From Spongospora subterranea f. sp. subterranea (taxonomy: Eukaryota): a DNA stretch of 64,000 nt. This document shows, one piece after another, positions 37,601 through 53,560 of this stretch (positions are counted from its first letter, which is position 1; every line of letters begins with the position of its first letter). The stretch spans positions 1 to 64,000 of the forward strand of contig JAUGWO010000075.1 in the NCBI GenBank assembly GCA_049724395.1. Direction: 5' to 3'. Below the pieces are notes generated by a model. The model was not told where the DNA came from. It did no database searches and saw nothing but the letters and a program-made list of their open reading frames with translations. A program made the translations under genes and the position numbers.

Positions 37601-39873
37601 GGTCACACACGCTTTAAATGATCTGGAAGAAACCAACGACGTCCTCATCTTTTCGCTTCCAAACTCCCTATCAACTTCATGGTCGAGATGTTTTGTACGG
37701 CAGGCCGACCATATTTTATTAGTTGGAGATGCGACGGCATCGCCGATCGTTGGCGATCGCGAGCAGGCACTTCTGTGGAACACGGGCGATCAGAACATCG
37801 CCAATCGTGATCTTGTCCTTCTGCATAACGATGACGTAAAACTGTATGTGTCTTGAATAAGGGCTCCATACGAAGATTTTCATCTTCAAATAGTCCTGAA
37901 GGGACTCGATTCTGGTTCGAAGGACGTCAAGTAAACTCCCACCATCATATTCGCAAAAACACGTCAACTGACTATGGGCGATTGGCGAGACGCCTTTCTG
38001 GTCGAGCGGTCGGACTGGTTCTAGGTGGTGGTGGAGCGCGTGGACTATCTCATATGGGAACCATGCTGGTAATTCACTTTGTTCAGCGGTTATCATCACG
38101 TGTTTTGTCTGTTGAATGTGCTTTGCTGTAAACAATGGGATGTTTCGGGCATTTAAGCGCTTCAATTTTTGGTCTTTGCTAAGCGCATGGAATACGCAGG
38201 CGCTGCACGAATTACATGTCCCAGTGGATATAATCGGTGGAACCTCTCAAGGCGCCTTCATGGCTGGATTGTTCGCTATGCACGGCCAGATCGCCATGGA
38301 ACAAGAGGTTGCTGTTGTTTGTTTCAGTAATCACTACACCTTATTATGCCGCTCGATGATTAGGTTAAAAGATTCGCCGCTCGTATGGGCAACGTCATGG
38401 AACTGCTTAAAGATGCCACTTTTCCAATCATGTCGTATTTCTCCGGCAAAAAGGTATGTACCATGGGATGGGGAATAGTGCCCCGATTAACCCTTTTTTT
38501 GACGAAGTTTAGTGCTGCTATACATGATTTCTTCAGGGAAACAAGAATAGAGGTATTTGCATCGGCTCAATAGCGTCCAGCCCTTTACTGAGGTTGCTGT
38601 AGGATCTCTGGGTAAGAATTACATTTTGGCCGATATCATCTGAAATGGCACAGCTTGTTTGACCTGGGTGTGTTTGTTTTGCCATTCACTGGTTTGATAC
38701 TAGACCTCGTCAATCAAGTGGTCAACTGTGACCCTGTTTCCCTCGCTTAGTCTGACATATTGAACTATCAGATTCCGTATTTTTGTGTCACGACGAACCT
38801 GACTGAATCAGATATCAAGACTCATGTTTCCGGTATATGTATATTTCTTGTTCAAAAAACACATTGCCGATATCGTCTACCAGGTTTGCTTTGGACCGCG
38901 GTTCGGTCCAGTATGACTGTGATCGAATATTTGCCTCCGATGTATGTAGATGGTGCTATCCTAATTGAGTACGTCACTATTGCATTCAAGAACCCCGATC
39001 TTTCCGCTCATTTATATATGTAATTGTAGTGGGGGATATGTCGATAATCTGCCTGTAGATATCATGCGGGATAGGTTCAGCCCCAATATTGTGATCGGCG
39101 TTGACGTCGAGAACAAGGCCACCGCCTTCCGTAACATCCACGATTTTGGCAATTCGCTGTCGGGATGGTGGCTGTTATGGCTCAAGGTTAAAGATTATTT
39201 CATTTCTGCACTTGGGCAATGATCGATGGCTTTGCTTTCCGATTTGTTTTGTCCAAATGTTCTGGAATCAGCTTCGCAACGCCTTTGTTGACAGAAATTG
39301 ATATTGCGTTCAGATTGTGCGAATGTTCAATCCCTGGGCGAATCATCCCAAGGTGCCAAAATTTTCCGATATAGTTCTGGCCCTTAGCTACATCAACAAC
39401 TCACGCAACGTTCGCTCTTTTTTGAACGATAAGGTCTACACCTGAAACCATCCTCGTAGATTATTGTTAATATTCGTTTCCGGTTAGTTGGTCGACGTTT
39501 ACATCAGACCCGAGCTAGGATCGGTTTTACTTCTTGACTATCACAAATATGAGGAAATTCGAAATCTTGGCTTTCGACAGGCTCGTCTCATTGTAGGCAC
39601 GATGGGTGATAGAAAATCGCAGGTATTTCAGGTGTTTCAAATATGTGATGTCATCTTTGCCAAACAAAGATGGCGCCCCAGGCCACTCTAATTCTAGCTC
39701 TTCGTAGGTTGTTATCGGACGTGCGGGGCAGAGCTTTGTCAGATGTGATTGATCGCCAAATGCACAGCGATGCAGATTTGACTTCGCTGACATTAACACC
39801 AAAGGGCTCGATGCCCCGTCAACATTCGGTTCCGACCTTACTTGAAGCGGATATATTTATTCTGCAAAATTAG
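34602..39873 (+). CDS. NTE1: Neuropathy target esterase-like lysophospholipase (cNMP-binding domains + patatin), many exons
   Basis: N-terminal TM segments. cNMP-binding motifs ([30 protein letters not shown]). [16 protein letters not shown]. Patatin motifs [18 protein letters not shown] and an intron-split D|GGYVDNLP. Confidence 0.9.
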
Positions 39874-40338
39874 AGGTCGTCTTTCGCTTAGTTTCTTTTT
39901 CTATTGTATAATATATAGAGTTTTCAAAGACAATACCTGTGTATTTTTGCAAATTAGGTCGTGAGGTCCTCGTATTCTTCACAATACGGGATTTAAAAAA
40001 GTCTCCACTACTCCTATTATGCATCATTCAACCTGTGCAAGCCGTTAAATCGGACGCCTCCTTCCATCTACAGCGACGGCGATACACATTATAATGGTGA
40101 ACCGGTTGTGATGTGTAAGTCAGCTGAGACGTCCATCAACAGTCAAACACAGTCCGGCCCCAAACAAAATCACTTCCAATGCCGTTACGTCGTACATTAC
40201 TACGTTGGTAAATGAGTCACAAAATCCTACATAAAATAACAATAATACTTGACTCACCACATCATTATTCAGTTGTTCTCTTAAGTTAACAGATCACTCC
40301 ATCTGTCCAATCCAAATTATTGGACACCTCATACAATC

Positions 40339-43300
40339 ATGCCCAACAAACCGATCCGATCTCGCCGTCCAGTTCTGAATCGCAGCTCCCCGTTACGAAC
40401 CGGTTCGGTGACGGCTGTCGTCATCATGTTCATATCGCTGTACCTGTTGTCACGAGAGCTATTCCCGACGCCCCGCTTCCATACGACGGTTGATATTGAC
40501 GCCCTGGTGCCGTCCTCTGTGCCCGCAATAGATCTAGAGATGCTCGCGGCCGCTCATCCTCATAACGCATCATTGCAGGCAGCGGTTCGGGTGACCCGTA
40601 TGGCGGCATTCCATAAATGGCTAGGTGTCAATGAGGGTGTCAGATTAAGTGCATCATCGGTCGACCATAAAGGAATATACAGTCGTCGTCGATTACAGTC
40701 CGGTCATGTCATTGCGCGTGTCCCTGTAACGCACATCCTGACTCTGCGAAACGTCCGTGAGTCCGTGGTGGGTCAGCGTCTGTCAAATATCGTTGGCCCC
40801 TCTCTGTCATTACATGCAGAATTCGGTACCTTTTTAGCATTGGAGCGCAAGAATGTTTCATCATTTTGGGCACCGTATCTACGCGTTCTGCCGCAATCGT
40901 TCGATTTCATGCCAGTTTTAGCCGACGAGGCCGCTCTGGTCGCCCTGAACGGTACGTCAGCTCGGCAGTTGGTGGCGCAACGTCGCAGTGAGATCGATGG
41001 AGAATTCAGCCGTATTCGGCTTGTATTCCCGGGCCTGGCCGCTGAGGAGTTTCATTGGGGGGTGTTATGCTCTATGACAAGAGCAGCAGGAATTCGTATT
41101 GATGATGGCACCACAACATCTGGTTTTGTCCCATTACTCAACGAATTTCGGTAAAACGACCACGACCTTTCCGCACGTGTTTTAATCCGGGGCATTGGCG
41201 ACACGTTTTCCCGACACGTTTTTGCCATTACTTTTTGTTGTGCCTTTTACGACACGTCAAGTGGATTTGTTTTATTGTCGTTATCTCCGTTGAACACTCA
41301 TTCAGTTGATTGTCTCTGTATTTTCTGAAAATATTGACTTTGATAATAATGTCTGTCTATTCAGTAATGGGGCAGGGCGCCAATCCAATGTTAAATCGAG
41401 ATTCCGCGATGGGTTCTACGTGATCAGCACGACCACGACTGTGAGTGCCGGTGACGAATTGACCAGGTATTACGGGGAACGCCCTGCCCAGATCTTCTAC
41501 AGCGACTATGGCGATGTACCGGCTGTCATCACATCATCCGATACGTTCAGGTTGGATTTCCCCCTGTTCAACTATTCGGTTCCGGCAATCTCTGACGCGG
41601 TCGGTTCCTGGCTTCGAACCTTTCTCCTGGGCTCTGATGTGAACTCCCGTTCCGGTAATTGGTTCTTTCACGTTGATTAGGATGTGGATTATGAAAGTTA
41701 TTGCCATAGTGAGGGACTGTATATCATTTCTGAGGGTTCGCCATGCATCTCCTGAAGAATGGCGCGATCTGATATCAACCCAGACGGATCTGTTGCACGC
41801 TCAGTTCATCAGCAGTGCCAATGAAGCTCGAGCCTGGAATGCATTCAAACTCGCGTTGCAAGAGAAAATCGAAAATCTACGCTGCGACGCGGGAAATCAA
41901 ACTGAAACGCCCGAAAACCGAGGGTTCTTCGTGGCGCAACGTCAAGCGCAACTGATGTGCGGTGTTGAAAAGCGGATAGCGCGATCGCTATTGTCGGCAA
42001 TCAATGAGGGTCCATTGCCCGGTAGTGAGAAGTCAGACATTACGGTTGAGGTTATTCCAGACACCGGCGATGCGTTCGTCGACGCCCGAAAATGGCTGAT
42101 CCAATCAGGCGCCGAACTCGACGCCGTCGATATCGTCCAGTACGACGGCGAGCACGGCTCATTCCGAGGGATGGAAGCCCGGCGATCCATCAAGAAGGAC
42201 AGCCCACTTATCACAGTACCATTGGCTGATTCGGTCACGTCCCTGTTGGCGGCCCGAGAATCGCTTGCCGGCAAGGAGGCCGCATCCAATAATATAACGC
42301 TGCAGGCGCACACCTTGATGGCGACATTCCTCATCGTCGAATCCAACAATCCGTCGTCGAAGTTTCGCTATTTTCAGAACATGTTCCCGGCGACGTTCGA
42401 TTCGTTGCCCATGTACTACCCTGACGAAGATATCGGCTTGTTGAATGGAACACGAGCCCTGACCATCCTGCGAACCAACAAAGCCGAACTGCGAACCGAT
42501 TACGAGCTCGTGTGCAAGGCCGCTCCTGAAACCGTCGCCTCATACAACATCACATTCGACAAGTATCGGCGAGCGCGTCATTCTGTCGATTCGCGTAATT
42601 TTCTGTTCAATCCTCGTGGTCAAGCGCGCCAACATATTATGGTCCCTTATGCCGATATGATGAATCATGGCCTCGAAGCCAATACCATTTGGAAATTCGC
42701 TACTGATTCCTGTACATTTATTGTAAGTCGACCATTGAATTGTGCTATGTGCTGTTCCATTTTTTCGCCGTCCGGTTCAAGAACAATTTTGTTTTCAGGT
42801 CGCCGCTAGTCGCGATATTGCCGTTGGTGAGACCATCATCACATCATATGGCGACAAATCCAATTCGGATCTGTTTATCGGATACGGTTTCACGTTGCCC
42901 AGAGAACCCACATGAGATGGCAACGCTGAGGTATGCGCGTTTGATAGTTTTGCCCTCACGACTCTAAACCGTTGCCGTCAATAGACTGAACAAGCACGTC
43001 ATGTGCACAGTTCACAAAATATTCGGGTCATCATTCACGTCGGCCTGTTTCACCAAGTTCCGTAAACACTTTGTTGACGAGGTCGCAGTGCTACGCGCGA
43101 TTATTGCTGGCGCCAAAGAAGGTCTGAGTCGGTTTGCTCAAACAATTGAGGAGGATGAGAAGCTGCTCGCTACAATGGGGCCGGTAAGCTGCCGAACGGC
43201 AGTAATGGCTGACCTGCGAGTATTGACTCAGGTTTAGGCCGACGAACGTCGACGGAACTGCATTGTGGTCAGGCTGGGCGAGAAGCGAGTGCTTCGGTTC

Positions 43301-43438
43301 TGGCAGGAAGCCGCTGAGATCCTGCTGCAAGTTCAGCTTGGAGGGATGAATCGTGCACAAATTCCAGCCGAGTTCGATACGTATTTCTGGGATTTGGAAT
43401 CCTCGGTCGATGGTCGATATGCAACCTCAGCCACGTAG
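40339..43438 (+). CDS. Signal-anchored protein with two tandem SET + Rubisco-LSMT substrate-binding modules
   Basis: TM segment AVVIMFISLYLL. SET1: SFWAPYLRVLP, FHWGVLCSMTR, FVPLLNEFR|N, YYGERP...YSDYG. SET2: RGMEARRSI, MVPYADMMNH, SYGDKSNSDLFIGYGF. Tail QTIEEDEKLL...RLGEKRVL. Confidence 0.8.
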
Positions 43439-43643
43439 AGCCGTATTTCAATATCCCAAAGGGACGCTATTTGCGTTTATTAAATATCTATTTAAGTACC
43501 CAAACTTCGTTAATATCATGTTCAGTTGCCGTATTTGAATAGGACGTGGTTTAAGATCGTTTGATCAACCCATTTTCTTTAAAATTAACCGCTTTATAGC
43601 GTGATGTTTACTGAAATAGCAGAATGGAAGGGCATTTTACCAT

Positions 43644-46576
<2,933 letters not shown>

Positions 46577-47636
46577 CCTGTTCGTCGTCAATCTAAAGTG
46601 ATCTCAAGGGTCACTTGGTGTAACTTAACACGGGATTAACTGTGTAGTGTACAGTGTACGGAGAGATTAAGGGGGACGCACTCTATAGGCGGCCACTGGT
46701 GTACACTGGTGTAATGTAAATAGGGTCACGGTCGGGTGTGCTGGGGCCCAACCGATTTCTTTGATGGAAGAGGTGCATGGTAGACTGGTAGGGTGTGATA
46801 TTCCAACCCTCAACATTTGCTTGCTTCAAATGGCGCCACACCCGATGAGGCAGGGGACTCTTTCTCTTACTTGTGGCGGCGGGCACTTTGTTTTTGTCGT
46901 GATAGAAAATGATTGAAAGCGGTTTTGTATTGTAATGTAACCGATCAACATCACGGTCAAATTGACCCATTTTGATTGTTATTGACTGCAGCAATCGCCC
47001 CAGTTAAACCGGTACAGTAGCCAACCAAGGTGCCCATAACGACTGAACCAATAATGGCAAGCAAACAAAGTCTGTGTGATGAACAGCGAAAAGTATAGTT
47101 TTCTTAGTTCAGAAAGTTCGACAACGCCACAGTAGAAAGACGTGTGCCACAATCGTCTATTGATTCATATCACGTGGTAATCCCTAGCCTGAAACAGTGG
47201 TGGCAGTCCAAGATGGCGCATTCACAACATGAGTTATTCCTTGAGTATGATCTAGCAACATGATATCATGGGGATCAGCAGTACAATGTGGAATTGTTTG
47301 ATGCCACAACATGCTCCATATCCTTCACCCGTCGTTGACTCGCCTCACTGTATCCCGACAATGTGACGAAATTAGCGCCATTAAGGTGTGTCAATACTAC
47401 AGAGATCGCCCCAGTTCACCTCGCATTGCCCGGCGTTATGAAAACAGCTGGACCAACACATGGGGTATTAATTAATCTATAATTGGCCATTGTCGTTGGC
47501 CGGTAACAGATATATTCGGCGTTACGGAGTTGCGCGTTGGACCGTCATCATCTCAGCGTTGTCGGTCAGCGGTCGTTTCCTGTTTCACCAATCGCTCAAC
47601 AACACCACAGAATTTCCAATACAAAATTCGTGTGTC

Positions 47637-48686
47637 ATGGCGAAGTCGCGCTTTGAATATGTTCGATCGTTCGAAATCGCCGACTCATTGTTGAAGAACG
47701 CCTGGATTGTTGTCCGCATAGACGGGCGTTCATTTCACAGGTCTGCACACTCGTCTGGCGTATGAGTTCTGTAAACCCTCTCAATTTCAGACACTTATGT
47801 TTTATTACGATGTCCCGTATTGATTAGACCCTTCTGTCCACGCTGATCAGAACCGTTTCAGGTTCACGTCCGAGCACCAATTCCGAAAGCCCAATGACGA
47901 TCGAGGCCTGAACTTGATGAACAATTGCGCCATGGCCGTCATGCAGGACATGTCTGATATTGTGTTGGCCTATGGCCAATCCGATGAGTACTCGTTCATC
48001 ATCGACCGGAAATCGTCTCTGTATCGCCGTCGCTCGTCAAAGCTCATCTCCACGATCGTGTCGATGTTTTCGTCCAGGTTTGGCTAACTAATCAGTTCAC
48101 TTGCCTATTCTCATCAGCGCGTTCGCAACTCCATCAGTTATGTGATGAAGTGGTCGGAACATTTCGGGAACTACCCATTGAAGTTTGCGCCATGTTTCGA
48201 TGGGCGCGTGATCCTGTATCCAACCGATGACAATGTCAAGGTCGGTCTCTGAAATCTTAAACTGCATCGTGCTCAGCGTTGGAGGTGCTCATATTTCTGT
48301 GGTAGGATTATCTGAGATGGCGCCAGGCCGATTGCCATATTAACAACCTATATAATACAGCATTCTGGTCGTTGGTTCAGCAAGGCGGAAGGTCGAATAT
48401 CGAAGCGGAACAGGATCTTATGGGTAATCTTGTCCGTTCCACTTCAGTCGTCTATTTCTTCTGAGTCTTTACAACAGGCACCGATTCGTCAGACAAAAAC
48501 GAGTTATTGTTCAGCCGATTTGGCATTAACTACAATAACGAGCCGGCAATGCATCGCAAGGGGTCGGTCCTAGTACGTTATGATCCTGAACGCCCCGACA
48601 CCAAACGAACCAACCCGCAACTAACACACCTGGATCTAATCGGCAACGATTTCTGGTCCAAACTTTATCCAAATGTGATACGGTAA
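47637..48686 (+). CDS. THG1: tRNA(His) guanylyltransferase, 5 exons
   Basis: Motifs [70 protein letters not shown] and [14 protein letters not shown]. Confidence 0.95.
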
Positions 48687-48780
48687 TACAATGGGCATTA
48701 GCAGAACCTGTTGGGGTGTTCCATGTAGATATTCGCCCATAAAGACCGTTTGAGGATCGTGTCGTCAATCGCCCTGACAA

Positions 48781-49753
48781 CTATAACTGTGCCCGCCCTG
48801 GCGCCTGTCCCAGTTTATTGGCCGTCATTCTGTTCGTATATCGATAGTTCATCCCCTCCCGCACCGCATCCCGACTCCCGACACTCTTCAGCCATCGTTG
48901 AACATGGTTGTACTCGCTCATCGCCAGGAACTCTGCCACATCCCCGCCGCTCTCCAGATGTTTTATGGGCGGGTATATCGCCATATCGGCAATTGTGTAT
49001 GAGTCGCCGGCCACGAATCGCTTCTCACTCATCCGCCGATCTAGCACGTCCAATATTCGTTTGGTTTCCATGGCGTATCGATCGATGGCATATCGAATCT
49101 TGACGGCCGCGTACTTGTAGAAATGCCAGAACGAGCCGAGCTGCGGTCCGATACCAATCTGCCAGAACAGCCAATTCATGCACTGTATGTGGTCATCGGG
49201 CGTATCGCCAAGGAACCGGTTCTCCCTTTGGGCCAGATACAGGAGGATCGACCCCGATTCGAACAGGCGTGCCGGCGGATGTGTGTTGTAATCGATCATG
49301 GCCGGGATCTTCCCGTTCGGGTTCAGACCGATAAACCCACTTGACAACTGATCGCCATGGAGAATATCAACGGCCCACGAATCGAATAACAGCCCCAATT
49401 CCGCCAATACTGAAAGGGCGACGTCAAAGATTTCATCGTGAGATCGAGCACCCGATTTACTGACAGATCGTGACCTTTTTTCCATTGGGCGTCGCGTTGG
49501 AAAATAGATGTAGTTCACGATTACCGCCAGGCAGATGCAATGTTGTTCGTGGGGCGGCGCTCGGTCGGTTCTCAATCGTGAGGCCGTGTTGAGATGGCGA
49601 AGGTGACCAGACCTTTGGCACTTGATACTCGGTTTGCGACTGGTTTTCACGACCCAATCCGCCATCAACGTTCGCCGTTCTGGAGAGGGCCGTTGTTGCC
49701 GTTCGCCCCATAATTGATTTGCCGACCAGTTTATGCAATTGAATGGTCATCAT
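48781..49753 (-). CDS. Nu-class glutathione transferase / disulfide oxidoreductase, YghU-like, with N-terminal extension; 2 exons
   Basis: YQVPKVW...NRPSAAP...LHLFSNATPNGKKVTI, intron, then LLAELG, GDQLSSGFIGLNPNGKIPA, LFESGSILLYLA, YAIDRYAMETKRILDVLD and YTIADMA. Confidence 0.88.
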
Positions 49754-50157
49754 CGTATATTGGGCATTTGAGGTGCTTTTCCTAACATGATATTTATGCG
49801 CCAACCAATTGCCGCATCGGAGCTTAAACCAAGGATGATCTGGCGGCAAAACACATCTCAACCGATGAACACAGAAAATTCCCCCGTGACATTGATCGTC
49901 AGTTTTTCATGTCAAAATTAACTTTGTTAAAACTTGATAGAGGTGAGGCGGTGGAGAATTGTGTTTTAGAAATTGGTTTTGGGAACATTCAGTTGAGTAA
50001 CGAATTCCCGATGAAGGATCAACAGCGAATATGGCCATAATCACCAAAACCCAGCACCGGCAGTTATCCTAATAAACGATCTGGATATTTGCAATATGGG
50101 GGATAATGGGGAAATATCTTGATGGATTCCGCCAACTGTCCCTGGTAGTGGGTCGTG

Positions 50158-52185
50158 ATGGCGTTTACAGCACGATCACCTAGATGGGCCGGGACCGATA
50201 GGAATACAGGGACATCAGATCGTGTTGGCCCTGGATCATATGATGCCCGACGACCGGGCCAATCTGACCACCACCGCGTTAACTTGGTCCCGTTCGGGTC
50301 TGGGGCCGTTCGCGAGACACTGCCGTTGGCAGAGGCGACGCCGGTTTCATATATCACCCCGTATTCGAATATTGACAGGTCCCCTTGTTCATGGAATGTG
50401 TTCAAGAGCTCGGCCCCTCGATTCTCATCTCAGATCGATGACGAGACCGCCGTTCGCCCATTGGGGATCAATCACACGCCATGGGCATCGCCCGACAAGA
50501 GATCCCTGGTGAAAAGGGTGACGGTTTCCACGCCCAGAATCGCCATTCCTTCCATTCCGAGAAAGACGTTTGGATATGTGATGGGCCCGGATGGCGCCCA
50601 AGTTAAAAGGGTTCCACCGCCAATGGAGATTGTCGAGCAAACCCCAGATCATCCGGTGATAAAGGCGCCGGATTTCGGTCGAGCGGCGGAGCGATTTCCG
50701 GAGACGGGAGCGACGGAACCGACGCCCGGTCCTGGTCATTATGATGTAATCGATAGTGAACGACAGGCGTATGATGGGGGGAAGATCAACCGCTTATCGG
50801 CGGCATTCTCCTTTATGGCCATGAAAGGAGGTCAACCGCCGCTTGTCAATAAGATGGGGCAATCACCAGGGCCAGGGTCGTACACCATACCGGATGGGTT
50901 TACCCGATTTAGACGAACATATCCACTGCAGTTTCAGGATTTCGGATCGAGAATCGGGTATGGTCGATTTTTACTGTTTGGATTGTTGTCGAGAGACACG
51001 AACAGGGTTTCGCGAATTGACAGAACTGAAATGCTTTAGAAAAGTTAAATGGACTTTGAAATGGTGTTTTCGATTGCTGATTGGGGAATATGAATTGGTG
51101 TAGACGGAATAGAGTTGGAGTAGTTGATGATAATCCAGGACCTGGATCATATGATATAGACCATAAACCCATCTATATACGGCTACGACCGCCCCCTGTA
51201 CCATTCAATACACGAGCGGAACGGCAGGTCAATCATCATACAGAACCGGGTCCTGGTCCTCAGGTTTGTGCCATTACAATATATCGACACTATATCTTGT
51301 CCAGGGTTCAACGACTCAAACCCGATTATAATGAAACTCCGTTCAACGAGAATGGCGCCAATTGGTTTTTTTGTAGAATTTGACGGCGAATGATGGCGTT
51401 GATGATTTGGGTAGATTGAATCTTCATTCCTCAGGAATATAATTTACCATCGTCGATAATTGTTCCTCGGAGACGAGCGCCGGTGCCGTTCTGTTCGTCG
51501 ACGACACGGTTCACCCAGGTCAAGCGTGAGACGACCCCGCCCCCCAGACTCGATCGCCAGCGATCCCGGCGACGTGGAATCCCGCCGCGTAAGGCGACGT
51601 TCAACAGGGCAACGGTTTCCAACAGAATTCCAGAGTCTGGTCCAGCACCCGGATCGTATGAGATTGATAAATGCACAACAGCGTTCAGAATCAAACGCTT
51701 CAAGGTTGACAGATTTCCAACAACAACACTTTCACTGTTTCGACATCGGTTTCTGCCAGATCGTTTGCTGTTTTACTGATTGATAGGTTTGGAAATAACC
51801 CGACCTGTTGTTGTGGCGATCTCCAGAACATCAAACTGTCGAATAGTTGAGCAACTAATACTGATATATTGTTTACTGTCGATCTGTTCAGGGCAAAGGA
51901 TATCAGTTCGCGAGTCGTTCCATTCGAACTCCAGCACAGGTCATCCAGAGCGTCAGAAAAGAGGTCGACGGGGCGGATCATCCCTCGCCGAGCCGATCGC
52001 CGGCAACCGCTAGACCGCCAGGCAACGGCTCAGCAGTTTTCATGTCACGAACGGATCGGTTCGATTCCGATGCGAATACCTACCGAATGCCTGGCCCGGG
52101 CCAGTACGAGGTTCGATCATCCATGATTCGACCGACGTTCAACGTGACGATCGACCCGAATTTCGACCCTATCTTGTCCAGATAG
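50158..52185 (+). CDS. Sperm-tail PG-rich (SHIPPO, PGPGxY) repeat protein, STPG2-like, multi-exon
   Basis: Repeats VGPGSYD, PGPGHYD, PGPGSYT, PGPGSYD, PAPGSYE and PGPGQYE. The C-terminus is ...PTFNVTIDPNFDPILSR*. Confidence 0.8.
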
Positions 52186-52499
52186 GAGGTTTCTCGCCGA
52201 TTACACCCTCCATTCAAGTCGTTAAATCATGACGTGGCAAATTAATACAGCGATATGCTGTTAAGTTATAACAGACCCTGTCTGAGTTATAGAGAAGAGG
52301 ATTGAAATGTTCCAAACATTAATATTCCGATTGTGGTTTTTTGGAATGGTTAATGAACAATTAATTTAACCTCAAATGTCAATGTGGTTAAGGAGCCCTG
52401 TTCCTCTTCCATCCTCATCACTTTTCTCGTTAATCCATCCAGTGTTGTAAAGGAGTCAACGACCTGAAGGAGTCAGAGTTGCTGACAAATGCTAAACAA

Positions 52500-53040
52500 A
52501 CCGGGTTTTTTAAGCTCTGTACACCCCCGATTATAACCGGCATTGACATTGTTTTGATTTTCTAGCTTGTATAACGGCTGGGAGTTGATTTGAATTACAA
52601 CATAAATTTTCACTGGATGATCCAGGTATTTGAATCCGAACACGTTCTTTGGCCCTTGCACAGGCATCTAAAGCAACTACATTCATCATACTGCACTCTT
52701 CATACATCATCAGACTGCATTGACGAAGATCTCTGCCCGGTTCAGTCAAAGGCTATAGATAGCATTTGATATCGAAATCAGTATTCCCTGGCCGTAGTTG
52801 ATGGACTTTCAAAACGTAATGGCATTTGTTGGTGCCAGGTTTGGACATGCCATATTGGTTGGAGCGCAGCAAATGACCTTCCATTCCATGCCTTGTACAT
52901 GTATCCTTCAAAATTCGTTGAAAATACGTTTTTCCACTTCCAAGTTTTCCTTCAATGTGAAGAATTAGCGGAATTCCTGAATTGGAGATAATCAAGCGCA
53001 ATATGAACTCCATTTCTATCATTTGCGGTTGTGATGCCAC
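52500..53040 (-). mobile_element. Degenerate PIF1-like SF1B helicase fragment (probable Helitron relic)
   Basis: Walker A LHIEGKLGSGKTY, then an in-frame stop, a Walker B-like LMMYEECSMMN..ALD and a motif III-like NQLPAVI. Contains stops and frameshifts. Confidence 0.6.
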
Positions 53041-53323
53041 GCAATGGTTTTGTGAGGCAAGGAAAACAGTCCAAACTCAACCAAAGAGCGAGCTGATGAT
53101 TTTTCACGTCAATTGCATTAGGGAATTAGGCCAGTGAAATAGGCCAGTTTTGTCAGTGAAATCACAGCTCATACACCAGATATTGATTGAATTGAGTGCC
53201 CCCCCCCTTGGGCGATAAAACTGCGGCCAGTGAATCAGGCCAGTCCCTACACACGTGCTGTGCTGTAGTTCCGATTATCGTTACAACAGACTGCACATTA
53301 AACACCGCTTCAATTGGTCTCTT

Positions 53324-53337
53324 CTTCTCCCTCTCTT

Positions 53338-53391
<54 letters not shown>

Positions 53392-53392
53392 G
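53324..53392. repeat. Imperfect (CT)n microsatellite upstream of the ABHD17-like gene
   Basis: Pyrimidine-only tract CTCTTCTTCTCTCTCTCTTTCTCTCTCT... of about 70 bp. Confidence 0.9.
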
Positions 53393-53560
53393 TCTTCATA
53401 ACTCATGTTCATGCGATCGGTCCTCTCTCTGAGCTGAATCCTCTGTTGGATTATACATCGCATATCACCCTGCCTGACCTTCTTTTGAGCTCGCTCATTG
53501 ACCTGCCCGGTTTGGTTCGCTGCTTGACCTGCCTTTTTGGGGTCGTGGGCCCATATTTCT

